In this document: positions 35,429 through 54,995 of the stretch, piece after piece | Position numbering within the stretch: position 1 is the stretch's first letter | Layout: the number at the start of each line of letters is the position of its first letter | Translations under genes and position numbers: made by a program | The notes under the pieces: model-generated | The model's input: the letters and a program-made list of their open reading frames with translations, nothing else | Databases searched by the model: none | Told to the model about the DNA's origin: nothing | DNA from: Macrostomum hystrix | Taxonomy: Eukaryota > Animalia > Platyhelminthes | Direction: 5' to 3' | Assembly (NCBI GenBank): GCA_950097015.1 | Contig: CATNEN010000009.1 | Span: 682,001 to 746,000 of the forward strand | Length of the DNA: 64,000 nt

Positions 35429-37092
35429 CGTATTGAGGCCGCAGTTCAGGCTGGGCTGTTCGCAGTGTTGCGCCCGCTGCTAACTGGGGCTTCAGGTTGC
35501 GCGGCTGGCGCTTTTCTTGGCGCACTTAAAAGTGCATTGGCGCCCACCCCAGCGCCCGCTGTTCCCGGCCCGGGCTTTGCAGGCCTCGGCTTGCATCTTC
35601 GCGGCTCGCATTCCAGGATTTGGGCTGCGGACGGCCGTCAGACAGACGGACGGAGGAGGGCGGGCGGCGCGGAAAGGCAGCCGGGGAAGACGGAGGCGTA
35701 ATCGGATTCCGCAGAGCCTGGGGGTTTGTCGCCCGGAGGGCAGAGGGGGCGCAGGCGGAAGTGCAGTAGATGTCAGGAGGAGGCGGAGAGTGGTTCGGTG
35801 GTTTTGGAACCGGGTCGGATTTGGCCAGGAAACAGGAGGCTGGGCGGGGGCCCTCAATCACTGCGGGACCCGGGCGTCTCCTAGAAAATCCTGCGGCTCA
35901 TCTCATATCCTACTCTCTCTTTCCATTTGTCTCATGGATCCCCTTTCGCTCCTTCTCGCCCTCCCACTGTCTTCCCAATCTCATCGAGTCTGATTTCGCC
36001 TGTTCTGGGTGGGACTCGGACCTTCAATCAGCAGCTGGGGGAGATTTGAAGAATCAGATTGTGGATTTGTGTGAGCACCTCCCAAGCACTTAAGGTGTGA
36101 GCAGCCGAGCTCACAGAGCAGAGCGCTGCTGGGCTTAGAGTGGCACTTTGCGCTTCACTACATGCCAGGCCTTCAGAAACTGTCAATTCAGGCAGTGAAA
36201 CTCCGCCGATTCGCCTTGGATTTTGCACTTTTGTCTGGCAAAGTGACGTTCTCTAATGAATTGCCGGACTCAGGCCTCAGTTCTCAATTCGAGTGGAGTA
36301 TTTGAAGCTGCCACGGCTCACCCGGCCTTGACAACTCCAGAGCTTTGAGCTCAGCTGAGCTCTGTGCTTAGAAATTGTCATTTCTAAGAAAATCCGGAAT
36401 TTCTGACTGACGTGGGTCACGGAACGCGTGGGCCTTTAATCTTTGGCGAAGACATGCTCGGCTTTGTGGTCAGCTCACTTTGAGCACACGTGGCTAAGGC
36501 TCTTCGTTGCTTAATGAGTCAATTTGAGAGCATTGGAATGCTGAAGAGCTGAGGGAAAGTTGCTGAGAGAAATTTTCCCCTAAGAATTGCAAGAATTTTT
36601 CTTAAAAACCAAGCAGAGTCTGAGGCAGTGAGAAAAATAGCGCGTGGGACAGATTCGAGTCTGGCGATCACAATGCTGCCAGGTAGCGAGAATCCCAGCT
36701 AATAAATATCCACAGAATGCTGGCATGCAGAGATAAAGGGGCCAGTGCCAGTAAATCAAGGACCAGCAATGATTCTTCAGTCCTTCGCTCATCCTAGAAT
36801 GAAAATTGCAGCAGAGGGGATTTCGCAGGGTGGGAATTCGGGAAGGAAGTCCCTACGCAATGGGATTTGGCGTCAGGCGAGCTCAGCTTTCTATAATTAT
36901 TTGAGATGTGCTCATTCTATTTTAATTTCTCTCTTCTGTTTGCTTCTGCTTTCCCACTTGTGTGATTTTGGCATCTCGTGAAACCTGGGAGAGTTATCGA
37001 ATAGCTAGACTTGCCTCACGCAATCTCTGCAGCGTGTTCAATTGTATAGGCCTGCAGATGATTCACCTGGAGCAGAGCGACTCTGACTGAAG

Positions 37093-38400
37093 ATCATTCC
37101 TGACCACACCCAATCATTCCTGACCACACCAAATCATTCCTGACCACATCCAATCATTCCTGACCACACCCAATCATTCCTGACCACATCCAATCATTCC
37201 TGACCACACCAATCATTCCTGACCACACCAATCATTCCTGACCACATCCAATCATTCCTGACCACACCCAATCATTCCTGACCACACACAATCATTCCTG
37301 ACCACACCCAATCATTCCTGACCACACCCAATCATTCCTGACCACACACAATCATTCCTGACCACACCCAATCATTCCTGACCACACACAATCATTCCTG
37401 ACCACACACAATCATTCCTGACCACATCCAATCATTCCTGACCACACAAAATCATTCCTGATCAAATCCAATCATTCCTGACCACACCCAATCATTCCTG
37501 ACCACACCCAATCATTCCTGACCACACCCAATCATTCCTGACCACACCCAATCATTCCTGACCACACTCAATCATTCCTGACCACACCCAATCATTCCTG
37601 ACCACACCAATCATTCCTGACCACACCTAATCATTCCTGACCACACCCAATCATTCCTGACCACACCCAATCATTCCTGACCACACACAATCATTCCTGA
37701 CCACACCCAATCATTCCTGACCACACCCAATCATTCCTGACCACACCCAATGATTCCTGACCACACACAATCATTCCTGACCACATCCAATCATTCCTGA
37801 CCACACACAATCATTCCTGACCACACACAATCATTCCTGACCACACACAATCATTCCTGACCACACACAATCATTCCTGACTACATCCAATCATTCCTGA
37901 CCACACAAAATCATTCCTGACCACATCCAATCATTCCTGACCACACCCAATCATTCCTGACCACACCCAATCATTCCTGACCACACCAATCATTCCTGAC
38001 CACACCCAATCATTCCTGACCACACCCAATCATTCCTGACCACATCCAATCATTCCTGACCACACCCAATCATTCCTGACCACACCCAAAAATTCCTGAC
38101 CACACACAATCATTCCTGACCACACCCAATCATTCCTGACCACACACAATCATTCCTGACCACACCCAATCATTCCTGACCACACCCAATCATTCCTGAC
38201 CACACACAATCATTCCTGACCACATCCAATCATTCCTGACCACACACAATCATTCCTGACCACACACAATCATTCCTGTCCACATCCAATCATTCCTGAC
38301 CACACAAAATCATTCCTGACCACATCCAATCATTCCTGACCACACACAATCATTCCTGACCACACACAATCATTCCTGACCACACCCAAATCAGTCCCGA
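37093..38400. repeat. 20-bp minisatellite, about 65 copies
   Basis: Unit aatcattcctgaccacac(c/a)c. Confidence 0.97.
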
Positions 38401-39178
38401 CTTGATCCAATCACTCCCTCAGTTATTGTTCTGAACGCCTTACTGGCTCTGATTTTAGCACTATCGCCAGAATTTCGCCACTTACCAGCGGCCTTGGCTT
38501 TCGGATTGGGGGACGCAAAGCCAATAAAGCCAGTTGAAATCCCTAAAAGCATCTTGGGGATTGAAGCAATTTATCCCATCTAGAATTGCACCAGTCTCTG
38601 CCAGGTAAACCCAGTCGTCTGTGACCTGATCTCATCCCATCTTGCTGGTGCCGGCACAGAGAAATTGTAGATCCATTATTTTAATCTCTGTCTCCGAGAG
38701 CCTTCGGCTGGGCAGCCAATAAACCAGCTGATTATTCCCTACCATCCCTGAGCCAGCTCAGGCTCCGCCATCAATCTTTGCGACTCCGGCCAGCTCAGTC
38801 GGCCGCAGGCCGGTGGCTGCTTGCATTTTCCGCATCGCAGCCACTCGGACGACTCCGCCGAGACTGTCAGGCGGTCCGGCAGTTTTTTTGTCTCCGCTGT
38901 TCTGTGGACTAATTGTGTTAGCCGGAGCTGCGGGCTGGGGATATTGGGGTGGGGGCCAAACTCGAGCTGCACTAAAGTCGCTGAGCCGGCATGCAAATCC
39001 ATCGCGGTGGCTCCCTCCGCTTTCTCCGCTTGGTCGGTGCTCTCATTCTCCGCGGCCTTCCAAAGGGCGCGTAAAACTCTGGCCCCTAATAATTGACTCG
39101 CCCCAGTGCACTTTTCTGAGCAATCTCGGCTTTTACTGCAGGTGCGGTGGATCGACAGTCGATGGGATGGCGCGCGCG

Positions 39179-39208
39179 AGTGTGTGTGCGTGTGTGTGTG
39201 TGTGTGTC
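39179..39208. repeat. (TG)n microsatellite
   Basis: gtgtgtgtgcgtgtgtgtgtgtgtgtg. Confidence 0.9.
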
Positions 39209-39422
39209 TTAGACCAAGACTCCATAGCATATACAAGTTTGCGCTGTCATTTTTTGCTTCATGTGAAAGCAGCAAGTGTTGCCTGCAAGTCTTCCCATAA
39301 ATGAGCTGAACAAAAATTATTCAGACTTAAAAAAATAAGTAATTGTGCTTTTAGGAAGAAAATTGAGCACATTACCTGCTAAATAACACACTGCGAGCCC
39401 CAAGACTCTGACTTCGATATTA

Positions 39423-40134
39423 GAAGTTACTCTGTGAGATGAGAATACTCTCTATGACATGAAAAGACTCTCTTTGAGATGAGAAGACTCTCTGTGAGAT
39501 GAGAAGACTCTCTGTGAGATGAGAAGGCTCTCTGTGAGATGAGAAGACTCTCTGTGAGATGAGAATACTCTCTATGACATGAAAAGACTCTCTTTGAGAT
39601 GAGAAGACTCTCTGTGAGATGAGAAGACTCTCTGTGAGATGAGAAGGCTCTCTGTGAGATGAGAAGACTCTCTGTGAGATGAGAAGGCTCTCTGTGAGAT
39701 GAGAAGGCTCTCTGTGAGATGAGAAGACTCTCTGTGAGATGAGAATACTCTCTATGACATGAAAAGACTGTCTTTGAGATGAGAAGACTCTCTGTGAGAT
39801 GAGAAGACTCTCTGTGAGATGAGAAGGCTCTCTGTGAGATGAGAAGACTCTCTGTGAGATGAGAAGGCTCTCTGTGAGATGAGAAGACTCTCTGTGAGAT
39901 GAGAAGGCTCTCTGTGAGATGAGAAGACTCTCTGTGAGATGAGAAGACTCTCTGTGAGATGAGAAGATTCTCTGTGAGATGAGAAGATTCTCTGTGAGAT
40001 GAGAAGATTCTCTGTGAGATGAGAAGATTCTCTGTGAGATGAGAAGACTCTCTGTGAGATGAGAAGATTCTCTGTGAGATGAGAAGATTCTCTGTGAGAT
40101 GAGAAGACTCTCTGTGAGATGAGAAGATTCTCTA
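39423..40134. repeat. 20-bp minisatellite with a 120-bp higher-order repeat
   Basis: Unit tctgtgagatgagaagactc; the variant block tctatgacatgaaaagac recurs at 39451, 39571 and 39751. Confidence 0.96.
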
Positions 40135-40837
40135 TGTCTCTGTGGCTCTAAATCATTGTGAAACAGCTGATTTAGCCGCTGACTGAAACACATATAATTC
40201 GATAAGTGAAGCGAATAAAATAAAGACCTAGTAATTTAGTTTAAAAATATTGCATGCACGTTCTGGTCTTCTAAATGTACTCTTTTTCAAGACAGTTGAT
40301 TATTATCTCATATCATCTCATATCTCGGTGTGTGAATCGAATTGTGAGCTATTGGTGGTAGCATTGTCTAAGCCTTGTTAGAGTTACCTTTTTGGTCTCC
40401 CCTCAACGGATTGCCACAAACAGTCCTCTTAAAACGCCTCTACTTAGATACAATGCCTTCAGCCTACAGCAGGAAAAACAAATGACAATTTGAGCAACGC
40501 AAGCCCAGGCTTTCTCACACAAGCGGCTTAGACCAATGCCTGCTGCAACCCTTGGGCGGCTAAGTCTGAGTGACTCCGATTCTCACGGCAGGAAATGCGC
40601 GCACACCTGACTGCTAGTGGAATGTGACAGACACTGACAGACTGGAGGTGAAGTCAACCAAGCAGGTCGGCAGGCAGAGCTTGGCCAAGGTCAACCGGCT
40701 ACTTCAGTTTCTAAAGCATTTCATGGCCAAAACCTGCGCCAAACAGTGGATTCTGAGTTCATAGAGAACAGCAAATGTGATCGTGATCGAACATCAATCA
40801 GTTTCTTCTCATGGCAAAGCCGCCACGATGAAAATCT

Positions 40838-41242
40838 TCAGACGCAGCCATCTTCCAGTTCAGGGTGAGACTCCGCTGCCGCTGCCACCGCCCCCGCCGC
40901 CGCGGCATCCGCTGATGCGGCTGCTGCCTCGGCTGCCGGCTCCTCCATGGTAGCCAGCTCGGCCTGCAGGATGGCCCGGACCCGCTTGAAGCTGCCGGCC
41001 TGTCTCAGCAGGCTGGCGCCTTCGGCTGCTTCAGCGGGCGGCTCCTCCGCTGCGTCCTTCGGCAGCAGCAGCCGCGGCAGGTCCCGATCGGCGTCCAGCG
41101 GCACGGAGGTCTGGCTGAGCACCACCCGGTTGGCTGAAGGGTCCGTGCAGATCAGCTCCGCCGAGCTGCAGAATGACACCTTGCGACGGCAGTGCTGCTG
41201 CTGCTGATGCTGTGGGTCCTTCTGCTTCTGACTGCTATTCAT
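40838..41242 (-). CDS. Single-exon orphan protein (134 aa) with an RRKVSF PP1-docking-type motif
   Basis: True ATG preceded by ttacag|tcggc, GC3-rich codons, polyQ and polyA tracts. RRKVSF fits the RVxF consensus. Confidence 0.58.
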   Translation of the reverse strand: MNSSQKQKDPQHQQQQHCRRKVSFCSSAELICTDPSANRVVLSQTSVPLDADRDLPRLLLPKDAAEEPPAEAAEGASLLRQAGSFKRVRAILQAELATMEEPAAEAAAASADAAAAGAVAAAAESHPELEDGCV

Positions 41243-42545
41243 GCCGACTGTAACTCAACAGCTGTATAAAGTACTCGCTGCTGGGCTAGCTGCTGCCTCC
41301 TCTCTCAGTCCCTCCCCAGCCCAATATTTGAGGTTATATATTGATTTTCATTTCTAGTCTGCCTGCAAGCTCCACCGTTCGAGTTAGCAACTTTGCTATT
41401 GGCTGCAGGGCATGTCAGCTGAATGTCCAATCCCGTGCCTGATTCTGGGGATTGCTTGCCAAATTTTGCTAAGTGTACTTCTCAAATTATGCAGGCAAGA
41501 ACTTAATTGTAGCTCGTAAGACAGAAAAGCTGCTAGGTGTCGCCACAACTACAAGTTCCAGTTAATACTTAAAACTATATAGCTAAGTATTAGTATTACT
41601 ATTCCTACCTTAGTTGAATTTGAATAATGTTCGACGGAAGCAAAAACTGAATATTCTTAAGGAATCAAGCTAAAAGATGACTAGAAGAAATTATAAGTTT
41701 TAATGCATAACTTTTTGTCAACAAGCTCAGTTCACGCGTCAAGTTGACATTTACTAACAATTAATTAAACCACTAAATATTTAGTTGCAATCTAGATTTG
41801 TTCTGTTTAAGTTGCCACATCGCCTGTTCGGAAGCAGCCACATCCCGTGTGGTTAATCGATGTAGCTTAGGAAATGTACATTATAAGCTGAGCATTTTCT
41901 GTTTCGCTCGTGTTTTAAAAAGTAGCTCGCAGCTGCCATAATCGAAAAAAAATAAAGAAGATTTTGTTGCCACATGTTGTTTAATTTTATGTTTGATTTC
42001 TGAATAAATTCTTGCTGGACATGTATTCGAACGTGTTATGTATAATATATATAATCTGACTGGTGAAGGAAGCAGACAACTTATGCATGGTTTACGTAGC
42101 CAAATCATGAATGCCTTGCACGGTGTAGACAGCTCACCGACCACAAAGGACTCGTAGTGGTCCTACACACCGCGAAAAAAAGAATAAGAATAAAGAAAAA
42201 GATAAAGAAAAGAATAATTCTACTCGAAAAGTTAATTCAGATTTCGACAAGCTTAGATGAAAATTCGGGGGCATAAGCTATCAAAAGCAACTGTAGGAAA
42301 TATACGGATTTCAAAAACTAAGCAATAAATATAAATTAAAAAGCTCTGCACTGTTATTTTCAAACACCAGGCTTTTTAGAATGATTTTTTTCGAAAATGT
42401 TTAGCTACATTTTCTTTGATTTGTTTAAGTCGTTAAAATCTCAAATTTAAATTGAAGAGTTTACTTAATTTCTAATCGTGCCGTCATATATATACTAACA
42501 ATTAACTTTTCATATCTTTATTTATTAAGTCTGTGTAGTGACAAA

Positions 42546-49260
<6,715 letters not shown>

Positions 49261-49862
49261 TTGGCTGGCTGCGGGGGACAGTGTTTCTGAACACCTAATT
49301 CAGCAAATGGGATACCAGTTTGGGGATAACAATGAAAGCTTTGCTATCGTTTGGAGTTCGACTGTCCTCAGGGGACGAAAGCCTTAGCTAGTGTCTATCC
49401 TAATTTAAATGCGTTGTATGAAAACGCTAAATATTACTGATAGTAGCAACATAAGTGCAGCCCATCAACTTGAACTGTTTGTTTCTTGTGAGCTGTAGGA
49501 AATTAGTAAGCAGACTTTAATTAGCTATAAACACATAATTAAAGACTTTGTAACTTAACGCCTGTGTGTAAGCACCTGTGCCGTGTTCTATTGTTTATTA
49601 CTTAGCAGAGATTGATCACTGTTCAACTTTGAACACCTCTAATAGCGCGTTAGAAATACTAAATCGTTTCGGAATAAATTTATGCTAATTCTGGGAGCGG
49701 AGGCCGCTGGGCAACCCCCTGCTGCTGCTGCTGCTGCTGCTGTGCGACCATTCTGCATCGCTAGGAGAGTGAAATCTTTAGAAAACATTCAATTTACTTC
49801 TATTGACATGTCTTACCGACTTCTAAATTTTTGTGCTTTGCGTGGCAGAACCAGTCCCAAGA

Positions 49863-50905
49863 TACTCCCAGATATCAGGGCTGTCACTCTGGCACTCCCA
49901 GATACCAGGGCTGGGACTCTGGCACTCCCAGATACCAGGGCTGGGACTCTGGCACTCCCAGATACCATGGCTGGGACTCTGGCACTCCCAGATACGAGGG
50001 CTGGGACTCTGGCACTCCCAGATACCAGGGCTGGGACTCTGGCACTCCCAGATACCATGGCTGGGACTCTGGCACTCCCAGATACGAGGGCTGGGACTCT
50101 GGCACTCCCAGATACCAGGGCTGTCACTCTGGCACTCCCAGATACGAGGGCTGGGACTCTGGCACTCCCAGATACCAGGGCTGGGACTCTGGCACTCCCA
50201 GATACCATGGCTGGGACTCTGGCACTCCCAGATACGAGGGCTGGGACTCTGGCACTCCCAGATACCAGGGCTGTCACTCTGGCACTCCCAGATACGAGGG
50301 CTGGGACTCTGGAACTCCCAGAAGCCAGGGCTGGCACTCCCAGATACCATGGCTGGGACTCTGGCACTCCCAGATACCATGGCTGGGACTCTGGCACTCC
50401 CAGATACCAGGGCTGGGACTCTGGCACTCCCAGATACGGGGCTGGGACTCTGGCACTCCCAGATACCAGGGCTGGCACTCCCAGATACCAGGGCTGGGAC
50501 TCTGGCACTCCCAGATACCAGGGCTGGCACTCCCAGATACCAGGGCTGGGACTCTGGCACTCCCAGATACGAGGGCTGGGACTCTGGCACTCCCAGATAC
50601 GAGGGCTGGGACTCTGGCACTCCCAGATACCAGGGCTGTCACTCTGGCACTCCCAGATACGAGGGCTGGCACTCCCAGATACCAGGGCTGGGACTCTGGC
50701 ACTCCCAGATACCAGGGCTGGGACTCTGGCACTCCCAGATACCAGGGCTGGCACTCCCAGATACCAGGGCTGGGACTCTGGCACTCCCAGATACCAGGGC
50801 TGGCACTCCCAGATACCAGGGCTGGGACTCTGGCACTCCCAGATACCATGGCTGGGACTCTGGCACTCCCACAGACCAAGGCTGGCACTCCCATGTACCA
50901 GGGCT
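49863..50905. repeat. 30-bp minisatellite with 20-bp deletion variants
   Basis: ggcactcccagataccagggctgggactct. The many overlapping ORFs here are artefacts. Confidence 0.96.
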
Positions 50906-50939
50906 GTCACACAGTCACTACCCACATACCCAGGTTTGT

Positions 50940-51500
50940 CACTCCCAGAATCCTATTGTACTAGTCACACCCTAAATCCTCCTATTGTACTAGTTGCACC
51001 CCAAATCCTCCTATTGTACTTGTTACACCCCAAATCCTCTAATTCTACTAGTTGCACCCCAAATCCTCCTATTGTACTTGTTACACCCCAAATCCTCCTA
51101 TTGTACTTGTTACACCCCAAATCCTCCTATTGTACTTGTTACACCCCAAATCCTCCAATTCTACTAGAGACACCCTAAATCCTCCAATTCTACTAGTTGC
51201 ACCCCAAATCTTCCTATTCTACTTGTTTCACCCCAAATCCTCGTATTGTACTAGGTACAACCCCAAATCTTCGTATTGTACTAGGTACAACCCCAAATCC
51301 TCGTATTGTACTAGGTACAACCCCAAATCCTCGAATTTTGCATGTTTTTCTCCCAAATCTTCCTATTGTACTTGTCACACCCCAAATCCTCCTATTGTAC
51401 TAGGTACATTCTCAGATCCTCAAGCTTTGCATGTTTTTCTCCCATATCCTCCTATTGTACTAGTTATACCCGCAAATCCTCATATTGCATCAGCTTCACT
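50940..51500. repeat. Second, degenerate 30-bp minisatellite
   Basis: caccccaaatcctcctattgtacttgtta, decaying rightwards. Confidence 0.9.
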
Positions 51501-51958
51501 CCGAAATACCTCATACTGTACATGCTACACTCGACTCTCGCTTCCAAAGTTGTACATTTCCCAACCCATGGTGCCAGGTAGTTAAATAGATTGCGATTCA
51601 GCAAGGTAACTGAGGCTGTATCCGTGCATTTGTGTCCCTCAGCATTCCAGATCCGAAGAACAAATATGATTAACGACCAAAGAGAAGGATAAACAAATTA
51701 GCGTATATTCTAGGTGATAAGTTGGCAATTACACAAAGCCGGTTGCACTGCATAAATATAGGAATTAAGCTTGCCGTATTGCCAATGTCTGTTAAGAAAT
51801 CGTAAGCGCGTGAGTTAAGTAGCGATCGTGAGTAGTGAGTGAGTAGTATGCGAAGGAAAAGAGCTGCGATGTGAGTTAGTCCGTCCAAAATGACTCGATT
51901 TAGCTTTCGGCGATTTTGCTTGAGCTTCAACGCAAGACCTTGATTTCTAGCAGCGGAG

Positions 51959-52348
51959 TCACATGCCCTGCGAGATGAAGTGCTGCCGCATGTCGCCCAG
52001 CATGTCGGCGGCACGGCCGGGGGCGCCATCGTAGGCCGCGGCCAGCAGTGCGGTGTTGGTCTTGCACACCAGCAGCGTCTGGCCGCGAGGCTCGTCGGCG
52101 CCGCACAGAATGTCCCGCGAGCCCGCCTCCTCCAGCAGGCTGTAGACCGTGTCGGCCAGGCCGAAACCAGCCGCGGAGAACACCGAGCGGCTGTCGAAGT
52201 TCTCGCGCAGGGTCGCCACCTGCTCCACGGTGGGCGTGAAGTCGGCGGGGTTGCAGGCCAGCACGGCGCCGCTGCTCAGGCTGCACACCGCGGCCCGCTT
52301 GAAGGCTCCGGTGCCGATGAAGCTCTTGTTGACGATGCTGGACCACAT
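51959..52348 (-). CDS. Profilin domain (129 aa from its own ATG)
   Basis: [85 protein letters not shown] matches the profilin layout (W..IV...G.G....AA, KT...L...YD..PG....L..YL...G). Confidence 0.88.
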   Translation of the reverse strand: MWSSIVNKSFIGTGAFKRAAVCSLSSGAVLACNPADFTPTVEQVATLRENFDSRSVFSAAGFGLADTVYSLLEEAGSRDILCGADEPRGQTLLVCKTNTALLAAAYDGAPGRAADMLGDMRQHFISQGM

Positions 52349-54323
52349 CTCCGTGTGCGGGCCCTGCTCTAGCTGCGGGAGGATGCGGAGTCAGGAGTCT
52401 GGCTCTCGCTACTCACAGTAGCAACTATTGGCCTTCATTTGGTCTCATATCTGGTCTCCTATCTGATTGGCTTATCGGAATAAAGCTGAGAACCCGAGCC
52501 CTTCTCTCCCTACTCCTACCGTGGCTGACAAACCAGCATGGGCCTCTTATCGCACCCTGGCATTCTAGATTGGGTCGCCCTCTTCCATATCTACACTTGC
52601 CAGTGGATATCAGGAAAACTTTCAAAAGGCAAGCCGACACCTTTGAGAAAATAAACATGCCAGTATGGAGCGTTACTCAAGAGCACAATTACAATTTCCT
52701 GAAGCAATAAGCAGTAGGGTTTGGTCTTGAGTAAATGTACTTTTATATACAAGGCGGCCTCTTACTGTCACTCCGGGCTTGGCCTTCACTTGCTTCATGT
52801 CCACCGTACTCCGCTGGAACTCGTCCTGCGCTGCACGCTGCATGTCCTGCTCAGCATCTTCATCGCTTTCGGACACCCCGTTCTGCCCTTCCGCCTTCTC
52901 TGCAGCCGCCTTCTCTGCAGCCGCCTTCTCCTCCGCCTTCTCTGCCGCCGCCTTCTCTGCAGCCGCCTTCTCCTCCGCCTTCTCTGCCGCCGCCTTCTCT
53001 GCCGCCGCCTTCTCTGCCGCCGCCTTCTCTGCCGCCGCCTTCTCTGCCGCCGCCTTCTCAGCCGCCGCCTTTTCTGCAGCCTCCTTCTCTGCAGCCGCCT
53101 TCTCTGCAGCCGCCTTCTCCTCCTCCGCCTTCTCAACCGCCGCCTTCTCTGCAGCCTCCTTCTCTACCGCCGCCTTTGCAGCCGCATTCTCCTCCTCCGC
53201 CTTCTCCTCCTCCGCCTTCTCCTCCTCCGCCTTCTCCTCCTCCGCCTTCTCCTCCTCTGCCTTCTCTGCCGCCGCTTTCTCTGCAGCCGCCTTCTCTGCA
53301 GCCGCCTTCTCCTCCGCCTTCTCTGCCGTCGCCCTCTCTGCAGCCGCAGTCTCCTCCTCTGCCTTCTTCTCCTCCGCCTTCTCCTCTGCCTTCTCTGCCG
53401 CCGCCTTCTCCTCCTCTGCCTTCTCTGCCGCCGCTTTCTCTGCAGCCGCCTTCTCTGCAGCCGCCTTCTCCTCCGCCTTCTCTGCCGTCGCCCTCTCTGC
53501 AGCCGCAGTCTCCTCCTCTGCCTTCTTCTCCTCCGCCTTCTCCTCTGCCTTCTCTGCCGCCGCCTTCTCCTCCGCCTTCTCTGCCGCCGCCTTCTCCTCC
53601 GCCTTCTCTGCCGCCGCCTTCTCCTCCGCCTTCTCTGCCGCCGCCTTCTCCTCCGCCTTCTCTGCCGCCGCCTTCTCCTCCGCCTTCTCTGCCGCCGCCT
53701 TCTCCTCCGTGTTCTTCGCTGGCTCCTTGCCGGAATTCGATGCCAGCTCCAAGAGCGGTCTCGGTGGATTCGCAGGCCGAGCAGGCTGCTGCTGCTGCTG
53801 CTGTTGCTGTTGCTCCGCTTCGGTTGATTCAACCGATTCCGCCACAGCTGGCGATGGAGTATCCAGCTGCAGCTCCTCTGGCTCCAGCTGCTGCTCCTGC
53901 TGCTCATGATCCTATAAAGCAGTGATGTAATTTTTCGCCCATGAACCCATTTAGTTTTGATAGAGGAATTATCAGAAAGACAGCATGCAATGGAGTAAAT
54001 AGAAACCTCATGCAGAAAGCTGCCAACCCTCCCTCCGCCAATGCATGTACCTTCACGGTGCCGCCCTTGATGCCCTTGCTCTTCTTCGGCTTTTCCGACG
54101 GCTTCTTGTGCGTCTCCTCGGCCTCGCCGTCCGCTTCAGTTCGCTTCTTCCGGCGGAAAAGGCCGCCGCAGCCCAGCTTCACGGCGTCGTTCGGCCTGTC
54201 GGCTGGCGGCTTGTCCTTCTTGCGCAGCAGGCCGCGGATCCGCTGCCCGATGCCTCCGGGCTGCTGGCCGTTGGCTGCCTCCGTGGGCTCGATCTCCTTG
54301 ACGTCTGTGGCGGCTTCGGCCAT
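51959..54323 (-). CDS. Predicted 3-exon, 610-aa fusion: basic N-terminus, Glu/Ala/Lys helical repeats, C-terminal profilin
   Basis: Exons 54323-54051 (donor AAG|GTACAT), 53911-52766 (acceptor tttatag|, donor ACA|GTAAGA) and 52372-51959 (acceptor tcctcccgcag|). All junctions are phase 0, total 1833 nt, no internal stop. Junction reads KAKPGVT|[14 protein letters not shown]. Confidence 0.7.
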
Positions 54324-54995
54324 GGCTGAACTGCTTAGGCGAGGGGTCGAGGCGAGGTCGGACGCAACTTTGAAACAAAAGGCGCGAAATGCGCGAGCCG
54401 ATTATAAATATTCGCCTTGGACTTCCTGCCAGCCCCTGCCCCGCCCCCTCCGCTTTCTCCGCTGCGCCTATGGCAAAGTGAAATCGAAATGGCTTGAATT
54501 CTGGCAGTTTGTGCGATAAGCAGCGCAACAGCCACCCCCGCGCCGCCTTGGGGTGGGTGGGTGTTTGAGAGGCTGCGCTGCCACCCACTCGGCCTGGCAA
54601 ACTGCGCTCTTCGTGTAAACTGCTGCAGAGAGCGAACTGGCATTTCCTGTTGCTTCAAATTTCCACACCCCCTCACAATGGCCCAGCAGTATCTCTCTCG
54701 CTGAAAGGTAATTCCGCAGCTCGCAATGCTTTAAAAGTTGAATGGCAGCTTTTGTTTCTGCTTGGGGACGGGAGGCCTTGCCGAGTAGCCGCACTTGAGT
54801 TCGACAATCCACGAAATGCCTTTTAAGAGCTAAGAGTATACTTCGGCTGTTGACCTCTTTGTGCTCTGGCTTAAGATAAACACAGAAATGCTCAGTTCCA
54901 GACACGCTCCGGTTAAGCACAGAGGGCTGTCCCGGGTTCCATTTCATGAATTAACAACCATCAAAAAGGCCTTCAAACCCCCTGATCAGTTAGCA

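Noticed and set aside
35430-39310. GC-rich ORFs at 35465-36093, 36580-36981 and 38739-39304
   Set aside because: Overlapping ORFs on both strands with no recognisable motif or consistent splice chain; probably UTR or regulatory sequence.
49682-51585. 370-498 aa ORFs in several frames
   Set aside because: A stop-free 30-bp repeat is open in most frames on both strands; no unique coding context.
52721-53925. Poly-Pro, poly-Arg, LLCRR and FSAAA ORFs
   Set aside because: Alternative frames or the antisense of the EKAAA repeat exon; only that frame has matching splice phases.
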